Source: Candidatus Heimdallarchaeota archaeon
GTDB taxonomy: Archaea; Asgardarchaeota; Heimdallarchaeia; Hodarchaeales; Hodarchaeaceae
Direction: 5' to 3'
DNA length: 59,656 nucleotides
NCBI GenBank assembly: GCA_011364965.1
Contig: RDOB01000010.1
Coordinates: 1 to 59,656 of the forward strand
This document shows, in pieces, positions 58,754-59,656 of the stretch. The notes under the pieces are model-generated. The model was given only the letters and a program-made list of their open reading frames with translations. It made no database searches and was not told where the DNA came from. Positions within the stretch are counted from its first letter, which is position 1. Every line of letters begins with the position of its first letter. The translations under genes and the position numbers were made by a program.

Positions 58754-59656
58754 ATGCCTTCTCCACGAGAACTCTCGGAGATGATTGTAAATGCTCAATA
58801 TACGCCAAATTCTCCGAATGTAGATGAATGCGTGAACGAGCTCTTAGCATATCTTAGTTCTAGAATGCGTTCTTTTCCTCGTAAAACTGCAGAAGCTCAA
58901 ATCCGAGCCACTATTCGATTGATGGAAACCAAAGATGAGAGGGAAGCTGAAGAGAAAGAAAAGAACCTGAAAAAGAAGAACGAGATCCTTTCTTTTGCTC
59001 GTTTATATCTTATTCATCTCCATGATCTCAATTCTCGTAAAACTCAACTTAGCTACGAGCTACAGATTCATTTTAAGATATCAGCGGCAAGAGCTGAGAA
59101 AATAGCTCAGATCGTTCTCGATGAATTCGATAGAATCTATTCATTCGCAATTAACCATATTCCTCAATATTTTGATACTGCAGCACTTATCAATCCGGAT
59201 GAATTGAAAGAGGCAATTCTCAGAAACTTTTCTATTGAGGAGAGAGTTGCAGGAACTATCGCTCACAAAGCTATCCGAGAATATCAAGAAGCTACGAATA
59301 CTACTCCCGAATTTCAAACTTATGAAATCACTGAATCACAAAAAATTATCTCAAAACCCGTCGTTGAAAAAACGGAAGAAGTTTCCTTAGACAACGCTGT
59401 TAGTACACCCGAATCCTTAGAGGAAATTGAGAAAAAGAAGGAAATCGGAAAGCCCGTAGACAAGATTCGGAAACCTCCAGTGATTTTAAAATCACTTCAG
59501 CTCAAATACATTGACATTATCAAAATTTGTGAAGGGAAAGGAGCGAACGTAAAACAGATACGTAGACTAACCAAAACTGCAAATTCCACTATTGCGGACA
59601 GAGTGAAACGATTAATTGAATGGGGTTACCTCTACCAAGAACCCAACGTTTACCCG
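58754..59656 (+). CDS. Hypothetical protein with a winged helix at the end of the visible part; runs off the window (not in the ORF track)
   Basis: At least 301 open codons, MPSPRELSEM...GANVKQIRRLTKTANSTIADRVKRLIEWGYLYQEP; possible CTG start at 58739 after AGGAGG. Confidence 0.8.
   Translation, partial: MPSPRELSEMIVNAQYTPNSPNVDECVNELLAYLSSRMRSFPRKTAEAQIRATIRLMETKDEREAEEKEKNLKKKNEILSFARLYLIHLHDLNSRKTQLSYELQIHFKISAARAEKIAQIVLDEFDRIYSFAINHIPQYFDTAALINPDELKEAILRNFSIEERVAGTIAHKAIREYQEATNTTPEFQTYEITESQKIISKPVVEKTEEVSLDNAVSTPESLEEIEKKKEIGKPVDKIRKPPVILKSLQLKYIDIIKICEGKGANVKQIRRLTKTANSTIADRVKRLIEWGYLYQEPNVYP

Noticed and set aside
1-59656. tRNA/rRNA genes, CRISPR array, IS elements, inteins, selenocysteine read-through
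   Set aside because: Intergenic gaps show no GC-rich cloverleaf or repeat-spacer pattern, no transposase was seen, LeuRS and the ATPases are of normal length, and no TGA interrupts a conserved Cys motif. Covariance-model searches were not run, so small RNAs could have been missed.

Overview
AT-rich archaeal chromosomal segment made almost entirely of housekeeping genes, most likely from an Asgard archaeon (Heimdallarchaeia/Hodarchaeales-like). That assignment is inferred from gene content: tandem thermosome subunits, Rpo6, eS17, eS25 with a KKxxW motif, archaeal LeuRS, DGGGP synthase, geranylgeranyl reductase, and an ESCRT-II Vps22/36-like EAP30 protein. I found no rRNA, tRNA, CRISPR array or mobile element. 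The main block is an 11-subunit 'headless' complex I operon (nuoABCDHIJKLMN) followed by a GGR gene. The strongest candidate for a new system is in its NuoL: the lateral (transverse) helix is built from three Cys-led units spaced exactly 78 nt apart and is about 52 aa longer than canonical. That is room for roughly two extra antiporter modules, yet the operon has only one nuoM. Other candidates: an orphan ESCRT-II-like gene next to rpoK; a divergent adjacent proteasome beta-alpha pair and an Rpn6-like solenoid protein; a GluRS-N-domain/nucleotidyltransferase fusion; an alkyl-DHAP-synthase-like gene facing glpD; a KaiC-like/Zn-ribbon/YkgJ operon; a THUMP-less ThiI/GcvH module; a decayed LVIVD-repeat pseudogene; and several likely CTG/ATA/ATT starts. 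All family calls come from motif recognition and remembered reference sequences; no search was run.
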